DNA from: Cirrosporium novae-zelandiae
Lineage: Eukaryota
DNA: 64,000 nucleotides
NCBI GenBank assembly: GCA_026023565.1
Contig: JAPETS010000017.1
Span: 434,001-498,000, forward strand
Direction: 5' to 3'
The notes under the pieces are model-generated. The model was not told where the DNA came from and did not search any database. It saw nothing but the letters and a program-made list of their open reading frames with translations. Below are positions 1 to 11,527 of this stretch, one piece after another. The translations under genes were made by a program, and so were the position numbers. Every line of letters begins with the position of its first letter. Position 1 is the first letter of the stretch.

Positions 1-3000
1 GGAGTGAGCTCTGGGGCCTTGGTTGCGTAGAGCGTGCCAAATATGTCAATGATCAGGTCTTCGATTTGGTCGGGGGGCATGAGGTTGTTATTCAGCTTCT
101 TAAGCTCTACAACGTCACGAAGAATGTCAAGGAGAGGATGGGACGTTGTTTGCTGGTGTGCCCAGGTCTCCAAAGCCGCAGAGTTGGTTGCAAATTCCCA
201 CGGGTTGATGACAGAGGAAGTAAAGTAGTTCTCGCCATTGGGACGGCAATGACTTACGTACCGAAGAAGTTTGAGATTGGCATCCAGAACCTCTCGCCAG
301 ATCTTGTCGAAATCCATAAAGTCGGTGCTTTTCTTTCGGACGCGCTTGGCAAGGGCGTCAAGACCGTTGCGATCAGTGAGCTTGTAGAGTAATTGGGTGA
401 AAAAGAGAACGTAACGACCGGTGTAAACAAAATGACGACCTGGCCTTTCATGCTCAGGTTTCCAAACCTGGCAGGTCATGGTTTTAGTGAAAATCTGTTG
501 CGTAAATTCATGTTTTGCACCCATTGCTGCGGTAACGTTTTGGGAGTCGTCGTAAATCACATGTGCGGCTCGAGCAATCATTCGATGGTGCCAGTTGGCC
601 TTATCAGCGGTTCTCAAATATTTGAGTATGTTCAGCATGTAGTTCTCCCAGTTATCGTCATCCTTGCATTGTGAAACCTTTCTCGCGTAGGGGGTTGCTT
701 GGAGGATCTCACTCCCTGCTGCGGCCGTTATCTCTCCACGGTGAACAAGCTTGTGGACGACTGAAACTAGTTTGAAATGTGGCTCAAGGATTGGATCTTG
801 CCTACTATCGCGTTTCTTTGGGAGTGCTTCAATAGCCCCGACAAATTCATCGATAGCGTCACGATAGCTAATCCTTGGGTTGTTTTGGCGCACATCACCA
901 TCACAACTATACATTTTCCACAAGCATTTCCCCAGCATATAATGAGCCATCCAACGCCTGGGCGTGTCAATCAATGATTTCTGAAGCAGGACACTAGCAA
1001 ACTTCCAGGCTCCATAAAGTTTCAGATTTGGAAACGGCTGCTGTTTATAAATACCACCACCAAGGTGATTGCTACAGAATCTCTTGACATCCTGAAGACT
1101 GAATGCCTCCATTGAAAATGGCTCTCTTGAAGCAGCATAAACCCGGCAACCAAAATGGTAGAAGAGATCTGACATCTCGTTGGCTTGTTCTGGAGTTGGT
1201 TCCGGCGACCTCATTATAATTGCTAGAGCCATAGTGTAACTTTTAATTGTAATGCGTTGGTTCTGTACCAAGACCCCATGCTGATAGCCATTGATCTTAT
1301 CCGCGTTCCATGTGACATCTTCATCAACCTTGGCATCAAATACCTGCCCGTAACGATACCAGGCATTCCAGTTATCTGTATCATGCTCCAGGGCATGAAA
1401 TAAATATGTGCGGGCAAGGTCAAGGTCATCTGTCAAACCGGCCATTGTCCGTTTTTGTGATTGAAATTTTATGAGATGCATCTGGCCTAGCATGTAGTAC
1501 CATCCTCTTTTAGCAATGTATGCGCTATCACCACGGACAGGCGCCGTAGAAAGCTCACCAATACCACTGAGTGCTCTGTAGAGATCGAATGGGTTGATAG
1601 GTGCTTTGAGATAAGCGTTGATAATTCTTCTGTTGAAGGAGTGGCCGCTAGGTGTTTTTGGTAGTCCTAACGCTTCTGACATTTTATCAATCGTCGTCTT
1701 CAATTCTGTCTTCAACACATCTTTCAAACTCATATTCTGTCCATTCGTTATATACTTCACGCAAACCATAACTTGTTCTATCAAATTCATGGCTGTTGGC
1801 CTGTCAAGAGCCACAGACTCACATCCATGATCTCTGATGTCTGTTGGTTGAAAGCAGATTTTAATACCATGTAGGTCAAACAATACCTGCGAAAGCGGTA
1901 GATCAGGAGGATGTCCTTCTTCGTTGGGATTTTCAATCACACGTTGATCCACGAAGCGCATGAGTTCTCCTTTGGAAACTTTGAGGAAGACTTTTTCTGC
2001 AAGTGAGCATTGCATCCGTAAACCCAACGATTCATGAACAACGCTGATATATTTAGCCATATCTTCCGCAAATTCAGTAGTTACTTTAGTGGGTGCGGTA
2101 GGTGGAGGCATCAAAGTCCAGATTCGTGATTGACTATATCCTTCTTGCAGCAAGAAGTATAGGACAAGCCATGCACGAACTGTCATGTGTCGAAGCCTCA
2201 TACTGAAATTTCGAGCTTGCGTGCGACTACGGTCGGATTCGGATATATGGATTCGGCCAATTCTTATCAAATCCTCGTATAGCATAAAACTATGAAGAAG
2301 CCGGCAGAGCTGAACCATAGCACGCAGAGAGGATCGGACATGGTCCAAATCCATAGCTTCAAAGGCATCGAAAGCATTCATGATTAAATGCAGGGTCCGT
2401 GAGAGAAGTCCGTCCAGCAGTTTGAAAATGGTGATTATATGAACTTCTCGATCGGATTTCGAACTCTCACGATACGCACGGCTCTCAAACTCACCCACAA
2501 GGATTTCTATACCCCGGAAATGGCAAGACAATATTTTAGGCTTATAGTCAATAGCCGTATAGGCCTCACGAAGCCTGCGCCACAAGAAAAGTTTCAAAGT
2601 ATATTCACTCCTCTTGACAAAGTCGACAACTTCCTGGATATGAGTATCGCCGTCTAAGCTTGAATTCTCATCATGAAGTTGTGCATTTGCTTCCTCATCA
2701 ATCCCCATCTCTTGATCCAATGGTTTCAAAATTGGCTCAAGGATAGGCTCCAGATTCTCAATGACAGAGATTGGACTGTCTTGATTAACGCTGAAAATCT
2801 TTTCAATAAAACTTTGCGTACTTAACCTAGATATCTCTTGCTCAGCGGAATCCACAGACAATTCCGACATCGCCCTATTATTGGGTAATCTGACTACTAA
2901 TGCATTAGCACCCTTAAGGGTGTCCTTTAGCTCAGTAAAACATTGAACTATTTGGTCGCGGGATATATTTTCTGTTGTTGAGAGCTGCAAGGTCGAAGCC

Positions 3001-5474
3001 CATATATAACGAATTGATAATACGTCCTTCAAATGCTCAGTTTCACCAAGTGAGCTAGAATATGGTCGTAGGAGGTCTCCGGCAAGGAGAGACCAGCGTT
3101 TCAAGGACTCCTCTTGGACATTCCTGTCGAAATCGGAGTCATGATTTCGAGAATTACTTGTAGAGAGGTAGTTATTGAGATGTAGCTCAAACAATGTCTC
3201 AACCATATTTATGAGACCACAGTCTTCAAACGAGTAGGAAAATTTGTACCCAGACGCTATAGTTTCTTGAATTTTATCCTCCAAGGATTGGATCTGTTCT
3301 CTCATAGCTAGGAAGATGAATTTGTCAAACCTAGAGATAAAGTTAAACACCGTCGACTTGAGTTCATCTGACCATAAGTATTCTGTGTATGCTGAACGCC
3401 AATAGCTGAACGGATTATGCTCATTAATCCAACTTCGGGTTGTTCTGGATCCAGGAAGAAGCAAAGTTTCGAGCCATTGAAGCCCAACTTCATGGATAGT
3501 ACAATGACTCTTATTGATATCTTCGACGAACTGTTGGACCCCTTGCTGTTCAGGGTACCGGGGAAGATCGTGATTCTTCGAAACCTTTTTACAATCTTTG
3601 AGAAATCGAGCCATGCCTGCGTCTCTAGAAGTGTGAAACGTCCGTTCAAGCTCGTCTAGTTCATTCGCGCCGACCACAGCTGTTTTTTTCTGCGTATTCC
3701 AGTCCTTGAGAAATCCATGCATATCTTTAAGTGCAATGCGAAAAGTCCCCTCGCCATCTTCTTGGACTAAGGTTTCGCATTGATTACTATCTTTGACGTC
3801 ACCTATTATTTCTCGAAGGTGGTCAATGGAACCTAGGGTGGGACCATCGCATTTTTGTAAGATACTGTTTACCGTATTAAACGTGACATTATCTGTTGCC
3901 ACATATTCGCGAAGTTGATCTTCCCAATATTGCTCAGTGTTGATAAGTGGCCCGGTCTCAATAACCGATGCTTCTGCTAATGACTCGCGAGCCCGGATTC
4001 GCTTGCTTCTGAGACGACCTTGGTCTGCTGGGTCCTCAATAGCAGCAGAGTCTGATGATCGCTTTCGGGGAGATGTGCTGGCTCCTGTTTGCTCATTATT
4101 TGCTTGAGCCTCTGTGGGAGTGTCTCGAGTTGACAATGAGTCCTTGATATACGTACTAGGCGTTTCTTTGTGTTCATTGTGGTGTTGTAAAATCGTTTGC
4201 TGGTTGTTTGAATCATTGGGGATAGTTCGAGCTTCCTTGGACTGATCGTGCTGTTCAGGGCTAGAGTTAGGATCACCCATGGGAACGTCACCACCATTTG
4301 CATCATTTCGATCCTTCAAAGGTTCTGTTTTTAGGCCATCGCTGCAGCCTTCCATCCCCTTACCTGTAACGCTCCGCGTTTCGTCCTCGTGAATATTATG
4401 TTTGGAAGAACTAACAACCCTATCCTGAAGTAATTTGGCATCAAGCCCTGGCGGACCCGTAGACGTATCTTCTCGTGTAGGGAGATGAATTTGTTTCTCT
4501 GCAATAGGTAGAACCAATGACACAATCGTTCCCGCTTGTTTGAATAATCCAGTTTCATAGTCCGACAGGAGTCCTAATATCTTGCTTCCAATTAATGACC
4601 AGGATGCCGCTTCGACCTCAATCCTCATGTGCAGTTTCTCTTCGTAAATTTTTGAGGACATAGAGCCAACATGTTTAAATGCAATGCTCTTAGAAGGTAG
4701 GAATGGGTATGGATCCAGTCGTCCCTTCAAAGCGGCGAGAGGAAATCTGTTAGTGTGCTTCCGCTTTGATAATATTTGAATGGCCAACTCGTCGCCCAAT
4801 TCCCCCGTAAGCCTCCCTAGATATTGGTCGGCAATGCTCTCGTTAAGGCCCATGGCCTCGAGGCTGTCCTTGAATCCATCGCCATCCTCGCTCAGCACAG
4901 CCTCAAGGCAGAATCTCGCGATGCGCTTACTGTCTAGAACACTAGCAATTTTGGCTGCTCGTCTCCATAGTTCCCCGTCTGTTTCGTCCCTGCTGAGGGC
5001 TTCTGAAAAGTCACCCATTACATATTCGATATAGCCCCGATTAATCTTGGAAGTCTCCTCATCAACATCATTATTCAATAGCCGATATTTCAATTCATTT
5101 ATGATAGCCTGCCCTCGGTTCTTGAAAGAGAGGTAGACAATTTGGGCAAGGGTATTCGAAGCCGTATCAGTATTATTCGGAAGAGGAAGGGTATGGGGAG
5201 CTGCGGCGTCTGCTCCATGGTGCTCCTGAGCTTCGTAACCATATTCAATGCGCTGGGCTTGACCAAAGCTCTCTGGGTATTTGAATATCTCAGAAGCGAA
5301 TAATGCTTCGTAAGTGTCTCGTGTCTGATCAAGAAATTGAGGACCCTGAGATTGATACTTGAGCGCAGTCTGATAAAGCTTCAGCGCTTCTTCCGTTTGG
5401 ATTTCTTTGGTATCATCGATTTCTTCTTCACTTTCGCTATCAGGCTCAATATTGAGCGCCACAAAAGTGGACAT
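1..5474 (-). CDS. HIR3: Histone transcription regulator 3 (Hir3/Cabin1 family, HIRA complex); 3' end lies beyond the window edge (>1820 aa here)
   Basis: ATG at 5474 gives MSTFVALNIEPDSESEEEIDDTKEIQTEEALKLYQTALKYQSQGP...LFASEIFKYPE, the typical fungal Hir3 N-terminus. The same frame still reads as protein at the window start (..DLIIDIFGTLYATKAPELT). It is missing from the ORF track, consistent with no stop codon inside the window. Confidence 0.9.
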   Translation of the reverse strand, partial: MSTFVALNIEPDSESEEEIDDTKEIQTEEALKLYQTALKYQSQGPQFLDQTRDTYEALFASEIFKYPESFGQAQRIEYGYEAQEHHGADAAAPHTLPLPNNTDTASNTLAQIVYLSFKNRGQAIINELKYRLLNNDVDEETSKINRGYIEYVMGDFSEALSRDETDGELWRRAAKIASVLDSKRIARFCLEAVLSEDGDGFKDSLEAMGLNESIADQYLGRLTGELGDELAIQILSKRKHTNRFPLAALKGRLDPYPFLPSKSIAFKHVGSMSSKIYEEKLHMRIEVEAASWSLIGSKILGLLSDYETGLFKQAGTIVSLVLPIAEKQIHLPTREDTSTGPPGLDAKLLQDRVVSSSKHNIHEDETRSVTGKGMEGCSDGLKTEPLKDRNDANGGDVPMGDPNSSPEQHDQSKEARTIPNDSNNQQTILQHHNEHKETPSTYIKDSLSTRDTPTEAQANNEQTGASTSPRKRSSDSAAIEDPADQGRLRSKRIRARESLAEASVIETGPLINTEQYWEDQLREYVATDNVTFNTVNSILQKCDGPTLGSIDHLREIIGDVKDSNQCETLVQEDGEGTFRIALKDMHGFLKDWNTQKKTAVVGANELDELERTFHTSRDAGMARFLKDCKKVSKNHDLPRYPEQQGVQQFVEDINKSHCTIHEVGLQWLETLLLPGSRTTRSWINEHNPFSYWRSAYTEYLWSDELKSTVFNFISRFDKFIFLAMREQIQSLEDKIQETIASGYKFSYSFEDCGLINMVETLFELHLNNYLSTSNSRNHDSDFDRNVQEESLKRWSLLAGDLLRPYSSSLGETEHLKDVLSIRYIWASTLQLSTTENISRDQIVQCFTELKDTLKGANALVVRLPNNRAMSELSVDSAEQEISRLSTQSFIEKIFSVNQDSPISVIENLEPILEPILKPLDQEMGIDEEANAQLHDENSSLDGDTHIQEVVDFVKRSEYTLKLFLWRRLREAYTAIDYKPKILSCHFRGIEILVGEFESRAYRESSKSDREVHIITIFKLLDGLLSRTLHLIMNAFDAFEAMDLDHVRSSLRAMVQLCRLLHSFMLYEDLIRIGRIHISESDRSRTQARNFSMRLRHMTVRAWLVLYFLLQEGYSQSRIWTLMPPPTAPTKVTTEFAEDMAKYISVVHESLGLRMQCSLAEKVFLKVSKGELMRFVDQRVIENPNEEGHPPDLPLSQVLFDLHGIKICFQPTDIRDHGCESVALDRPTAMNLIEQVMVCVKYITNGQNMSLKDVLKTELKTTIDKMSEALGLPKTPSGHSFNRRIINAYLKAPINPFDLYRALSGIGELSTAPVRGDSAYIAKRGWYYMLGQMHLIKFQSQKRTMAGLTDDLDLARTYLFHALEHDTDNWNAWYRYGQVFDAKVDEDVTWNADKINGYQHGVLVQNQRITIKSYTMALAIIMRSPEPTPEQANEMSDLFYHFGCRVYAASREPFSMEAFSLQDVKRFCSNHLGGGIYKQQPFPNLKLYGAWKFASVLLQKSLIDTPRRWMAHYMLGKCLWKMYSCDGDVRQNNPRISYRDAIDEFVGAIEALPKKRDSRQDPILEPHFKLVSVVHKLVHRGEITAAAGSEILQATPYARKVSQCKDDDNWENYMLNILKYLRTADKANWHHRMIARAAHVIYDDSQNVTAAMGAKHEFTQQIFTKTMTCQVWKPEHERPGRHFVYTGRYVLFFTQLLYKLTDRNGLDALAKRVRKKSTDFMDFDKIWREVLDANLKLLRYVSHCRPNGENYFTSSVINPWEFATNSAALETWAHQQTTSHPLLDILRDVVELKKLNNNLMPPDQIEDLIIDIFGTLYATKAPELT

Positions 5475-6066
5475 TGTGCTGTGTCGTCTCAAGGAATAGG
5501 TTGTTTATTTATATGGACGATGGTGGAGGGCTTTGGGAGATTATATAGGAATTCATTAACTGTTGAGCTTCCGTGGATCGCCTTGTTTATTCAGTCGGCG
5601 GATCTGTGCTTTGTTTTGTACATGAAATATATATGCTTGCTTATAGCCATGTTTATTAGTTATTACATGTGAAATGGCACCACATCACCAAGTGAAGTTG
5701 AGGGAACCGTGAGAGATTCATCTCGCAACGGCTGGTGTCAAACGCGTCAAAGCTTCAAGGTTCTAGATGCACGGACCACGCTTTAAAGTAGTTCACGATG
5801 CCTCGATGTAAGGCAGGCTCTCCCTCTATTAACTAACGAGAATTATGGAATATTCCTGACATTCAAGAAAGCATAGAAACGATATTTACAACATCAAATT
5901 TTTTTAGGAGGTACGATCCCACTTGGTGCTTTGGATTGGAAATTGCCAACTAAACAAATTATCTGTAGTCTGAAGTACAGTATAATTGGTCCGAACAACT
6001 GGCCTTGAGCTCCGAAGGCCTTTATGCGAAATAATCCCGTTCGATAGACCCAGTATCGCCGTCAAA

Positions 6067-8032
6067 ATGCCTGAAACCGATGATAAGGAAAGGGCTGAGA
6101 AGCTCGCCGCCGCCAAAAAGAGGGTGAGCCGTAATCCCCCCCTCAATACCAATTATTAGCATTGGAGCGCTGAATGGATGAGCGTCATATGCTGACAAGG
6201 CATTCTTTATAATAGGTGGAGGCAATGAAGAAAAAACAAAAGGCTAAAACGAAGAAAGAAGGAGGCAAAGGCCACCATGCAGAGACATCAACCAGCAAGG
6301 CAGAAGACACGACAGCAAATACAGACAAGGTGGAAGAAACGAACCAGGATGAGAAGGCAGAAGAAGTCCCTGAGGAAGAGTTAAACCCAGAGCCAAACCC
6401 AGAGCCAACTCCAGATGAACCTGTAGAAAAAGCAGCGCCATGGGAGTCGGATAGTGCGAGTGCTGAAGAACATGGTCGTTCTCGAACACGCCATGGGCGT
6501 CAACCATCCCTTTCTTTGCAATCAAAGATGAGATCCTCGTCTTTCCGTAGGACTTCTATGTCACACAACTCTCTCTCATCACCACCAAGCTCCACCGCAG
6601 CGCCTGGATTACCGCCTCTGAGCCTTGAGGGAGATACAATGTCTGATATATACCGGAAACAAGCACAACGCTTGGAAGAACTGGAGAAGGAGAACCGACG
6701 GCTTGACAGGGAAGTCAAAGACGGGGAGGTACGATGGAAGAAATCAGAAGAGCAATTAGAAGAGTTGAGGGAAGCAAGCAGCGAGGTAGCAGAGCTCAAG
6801 ACTCGAGCGGACAAGGCGGAAAGAAGTGCTGCGGAAACCGAAAAATTGGTACGCTTGTTAATTACATCCATTAGAACCAATCGTTTGCTTACATTCTAAA
6901 ACAGAAAGCGGAACTCTTATCACTTCAACGCCAAAACTCCCATCTTATATCCTCTAAACGTCATTCCATCTCCCCACAGTCAGCCAATAGCCCCAACTCT
7001 GCCTCAACCCTTCAAGCCCAGCTCGACTCCCAAACCTCAACTATTGACTCCATGTCCCTAGAGATATCCTCTCTACGTGACCAATTTACTTCCTCCAACA
7101 CCACCATTGACACTCAACATGAACAGATTAATGCCCTCGAAGAAAAACTTGCCCGTGCCGAGCGCGTCGCCTCCGCTGCACAGACCGAACTGGCTGACGT
7201 GAAAAAAGCCCTCAATCGTGCCTCTGAAAAGGCCACACTTTCCGGTGCGGAGAAAACAAGCCAGGAAGCCCACATCCACAACCTAGAGCGCGAATGTGCC
7301 TCCTTACGTGAAGAAAACGAGAATTCCATATCACGCATGGGTACTATTGAAAAGAAGCTATCTACTATCACCACGCTTCACAAAGAAGAAGCATCTCGCT
7401 CCTCAGAACGAAAACGTGAGATTGATAATCTATTGAACGAACTCTCTACCCTCAGAACTAAAATGTCCGCCCTCGAAAACACGAACCTCAAACTCCGTGA
7501 ACACGTCCAACAGCACCGGCGGTCGATGGACCAAAACTCCGACCTGTCCGACCTAGAGGATGAAGTTTTGAGCAAGAAAGAGACACGAATCCGGGAGCTG
7601 GAAGCCGAAGTCCGTGCTCTACGTAGTAGAGCAGACGACCACCCCTTTGACGACGTAGACTTAAATGGTCCCTCTAACCACCCCCCCCATCACCACCGCC
7701 GAAGCACGGCATCTCGTCCCGCAGCCACCTTCACATCCGTACTCTCCAGCGGGTTTTCGGCTCTCACGGGTGCCGTTCCGGCCGAACACCAGCGGCAGGG
7801 TAGTTTAGAAGTCTTTGACGGCGACGACGATATGACATTTGGTTTCAACGAAGAGGAATTTAGAAGAGCAAAGGCGGAAGATGAAGCCAGGAAGCAGAAG
7901 GAAAGACTGGAGAGGGTTAGGGAGTTGAAGAGAGAGTTAAATCAATGGAAGGGGTGGAGAGTCGACCTCGTAGAAGGACGGGGTGGTGTAGGTGGAGGAA
8001 TTGGCGGATTAGGACCCGTTTTTGAGGTTTGA
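6067..8032 (+). CDS. Long coiled-coil protein (golgin-like / fungal 'M protein repeat' type), 3 exons
   Basis: Exons 6067-6123, 6216-6848 and 6905-8032, joined in frame by GT-AG introns. N-terminus MPETDDKERAEKLAAAKKR, long heptad-rich segments, C-terminal LNQWKGWRVDLV..GPVFEV motif. Confidence 0.75.
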
Positions 8033-8431
8033 TGGTCGAGCTCCGGTGACCATGCACGGCGTGTAGAATATTGTATTGTGCTTTTGCTGCGAACACAAAG
8101 CTCGGGAGGGCATAAAATTTTGATAAAGGGGTCAAAGTTGTGGTTATGTTATTGCGAATAATTAACGCCTATTAGCAGTCCATCTGTCCTACTTTTGCTT
8201 CATACACGACTTGGGAATTCACAAAGCAAAACTTCAAAGTCATGATTTGGTTGGTAGATGGATTATAATTGTCTATTACAACTGGGTATCCTAACGGTAA
8301 GCCTAATATCCTCCAAAACCAGTACCCGCAAAAAACATGTAGAAAAGCAAAAAAGATTATATCCAACCATCGACTGGAACGCCTTCCATCATGTCTTCCA
8401 TCATATGATATGTCATGATCACTTATCTACT

Positions 8432-11115
8432 TTAAGGGCTCCACTGATCTTCTGTCCCAAGATCCCACTTCCGTGTCGCTAATTTCCGTTGCTTATGCCC
8501 TGTTCTCGGTGTTTTCGCCTTCTTCTCAAGAACCATCTCTGCTTTCTTCTCATTTTCATTGCCACCAAGAGTGCCGCTATCGTCCAAGCTCATGTTACCG
8601 AGTCTATAAACCGTATTATCGATATCCAGGCCTCGTTGTGTAAGAATGGGTTTGTGATTCTCAAAATTTTGTCTCCTTGGCCTCGTTGTCTTTGTTGGAG
8701 ATCGGCAATGGAGCTCTCTTTCCAAGGCATCGAGTTTTCGTCTTAAATCTGCGTTTTCATCTTCAAGTTCTTGGACATGGTCGTCGGCGGAGGATTCGGG
8801 AACATCTTCATATATCGAGATACCTCGGCTCAAAATTTCTAGTTTCTTATCGAGATGTTCATCATTCTTATCGGCTTCTGCGCTCCACGCGCCCTTCCAC
8901 CGTCTTCTTTCTTCTTCGATTTTCTGTTCCATCTCTTCCCAGCATTCCTCTCTTACGTCCATCTCGATATTCTCGGCTCTTTCTTCCGCGGCTCTTCTCG
9001 CCGTCTCTGCCTCTTCTCTAGCAATTTCTTCTTCTGCGAGACGCACAGAAAGAACATCCAGGTCTTCGGATAGGCGAGCAATTTCCGCGATAGCGAGTTC
9101 AAGTTCTTCTGCCATAAGTGGGTTGGGGGTCGAGCGACCGCTCATAGTTGTTCCCGCACATCTGCTTGCACGGGCAGATGCGGTGGTCCCAGAGAGGATG
9201 GTGCTCGTCACGGAAGGGATTCGAGGGACGGTGACTTCACGGGCCAGGGCAGAGTAGCGAAGAATCTGGGATGTGGCATTGAAATCGCCGTGCGGATCAG
9301 CTGTTACGATCATGACCGCCTTTTGTGGAGTTCGGTGGTGGCTTGAGGGTGCATGAGAAGGAAATGAGTTCGAGAATAGGAGCTCTGTTAGTTTGCACTG
9401 TCGGAAGGGAACTATCGCAGGCTAGAGAGATATTAGCTGGATATCCAGCCCAGTATTCAAAATGCGTCTTACCCTATTCCCATCTTGAGCTTCGCTCTGA
9501 ACCTGGAGACATTGACCAAGGTACATCAAACTTTCATTAATTTTTCCAGCTTCTGCTAAAGTTGCGCCAGCTGTCTTTGCATTTCGAGCTCTTTCAGAAC
9601 CTGAACTCTTCTGTCAGCCTTGGTCGATTAGCTTATATATTTACCTTACCTGCCAAATCAACTACGGTCAAAGTACTACCTGACCAGGATTGCTCAACGC
9701 CCGGTCTCCTTGACCTTTTCCGTTTCCGAACCTCCACACAGAAGAAGCCGTGGCTTCTGGAACTCACACTGTTACTTCCTGTTCCAGTAACTCTTCTTTC
9801 CATCAGACCTGTCTCCAATACCATCATAGCTTCTTCATAACTCGAGCAGACAATCTTTCGTAATCCTGCAACTACTTTTCGGTCGGGAGATATTTCAGTA
9901 GACTTAAAGAGAAGTGGTCGACGGCGATTGTCTTTCGATCCTGTCTGGGTGTGTCGCAAACTCCGGAGGGTAAGAGTAGGCATTGGTGAAGACGAAAGAA
10001 GGTCGAATATCCGGTCATTGTATACTTCGTACATGGATACTACAACGGCATAATCGGCATTACTGTCGACATCCATTGCAAACTCGCTGACATCGGGGGT
10101 TTGGGGCAAGGCGCTCAATCGCGGGGGCTTCGGCCGTCTTGTCGAAGAGGGGGGGCCAACTATAGAGCCATAATCCTTTAAATAACCAAATTTCAGTTTA
10201 GCAACACTTTCCGTAATCCTAGATGAATTCCAAAAGGGGAGTTGAGAGGGTAACAAGGGCTTAGGTTTCTCTAGGAGAATTTTCATGGGTTTAGGGATTG
10301 CTTCAGGTGAAATCAGGCGAATAGTAGGCGTCACTTTGATCTTTCCTATGGGAGAGAGTGGTTCCACGTGCACTTGGGGTAGATGGGGGTATAATCCACT
10401 AGAAGTAGGGTGTATGTCAAACGGTGAAAGTGAAGGATCGCGACCTACTGTCATTGGTGTTTGCGCTCTAGACATCATGGGTGTTTGCGCTCTCGAAGTA
10501 GCCCTCGAAGTAGCTCTATCCGTCGTCGGGTCGCCATATACGCATTCCAAGAATGCTGATGCGGGTACAACCTGCGCTTCAGAGGGGTCGGCCAGGGTAA
10601 GGGAAGATATAAGCATTTCGTCGACATCTGGGCTTTGAACAAGACCGTCGAGGGACTGGAAGAGAACATCAAGACTCATTTGGGTCAATCCACGTTGGGT
10701 CTTTGAACCGAGTATCGTGTGGCTCTATTTATGATCAGACTCGAATCCCCAATATGTCTCTATCATGTACTACCTTTCCACTTCCAGTTACACCAAGTGT
10801 AGCTATCAGCCCATCTCTTTGCTCTCCCAGCACACCCCCAACAATTTGCAACGCCTTCGCCCCTGTGAAAATGTCAAGCTGAGATGCAGCTTCTTCGAAG
10901 ACTTTGGTAAATGCGAATTTCTCAACTGCCCGTTTCCGAGAATCTGCAGGTGGTTGTACTGTGATATGAGTTGGAGTGCTTGAATCGATATTCGCCTCGG
11001 GAGCTTCAACTGTGAGAAAGCGCTCGGCCGAAGCTGTTGAACTTGGTGGTGGACGTAGACGTAAATATACCTGGAAGAGGGAAGTTGGTGTACTTGGTTT
11101 TGCTGGAGGCTCCAT
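8432..11115 (-). CDS. Kinesin motor protein, kinesin-6 (Klp9/MKLP-like) type
   Basis: FQVYLRLRP, P-loop GVTGSGK|SHT, SMYEVYNDRIFDLL, switch I NSVSSRSH, switch II VDLAG|SER, INESL, VPFRQCKLTELLF and a C-terminal coiled coil. Introns 10773-10725, 9649-9601 and 9472-9422, plus a probable intron at 10448-10176. Confidence 0.9.
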
Positions 11116-11440
11116 GGTGATTCATTAATAATTATCTCTAGTTTGAAATTTGAGCTGAAGAATTGAAGCTTTTACAAGGTGTAGGTAGACAAAATGGATC
11201 TGGATAGAGAAAGAGATGGGTCTACTGTACTTTAGTAGTTAGTAGGTGAAGTAGTGCCTTGAACTCGGAGACAGCTACAAATCGCATAGTCGTTGCCAGG
11301 CCAACCATATCACTTCCGTGGTTAAGCGCCGAGCTTTAATTCTTTTCTTTTAAAAAAAAATTACAACTGGTTCTTAATCAATCCGATCAAATTCTTCAAC
11401 CAAAGGTACGTTTAAAGCTCTTCTTATTATTCTCTCTTTT

Positions 11441-11527
11441 ATCGACATGATGCTTTGCAATTTATAGTATTTGCTACTTCAGAGCCTTCGAGCCATGAGA
11501 CAAAATCACCAACCAATGCACTGATCC
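11441..11527 (+). ncRNA. snR24: Box C/D snoRNA, U24/snR24 family
   Basis: Box C ATGATG at 11447. TATTTGCTACTT plus D' CAGA at 11468-11483 matches the U24 5' guide as I recall it. C'-like ATGAGA at 11495, ATCACCAA, box D CTGA at 11521-11524. It lies within a GTACGT(11406)...GCTAAT...TTTAG(11593) intron. Confidence 0.8.

Noticed and set aside
1..5474. Many short ORFs on both strands, suggesting a fragmented or pseudogenised region
   Set aside because: They are shadow ORFs of one continuous HIR3 reading frame that runs off the window edge.
5742..5747. MCB-like ACGCGT in the HIR3 divergent promoter
   Set aside because: A single hexamer cannot be distinguished from chance.
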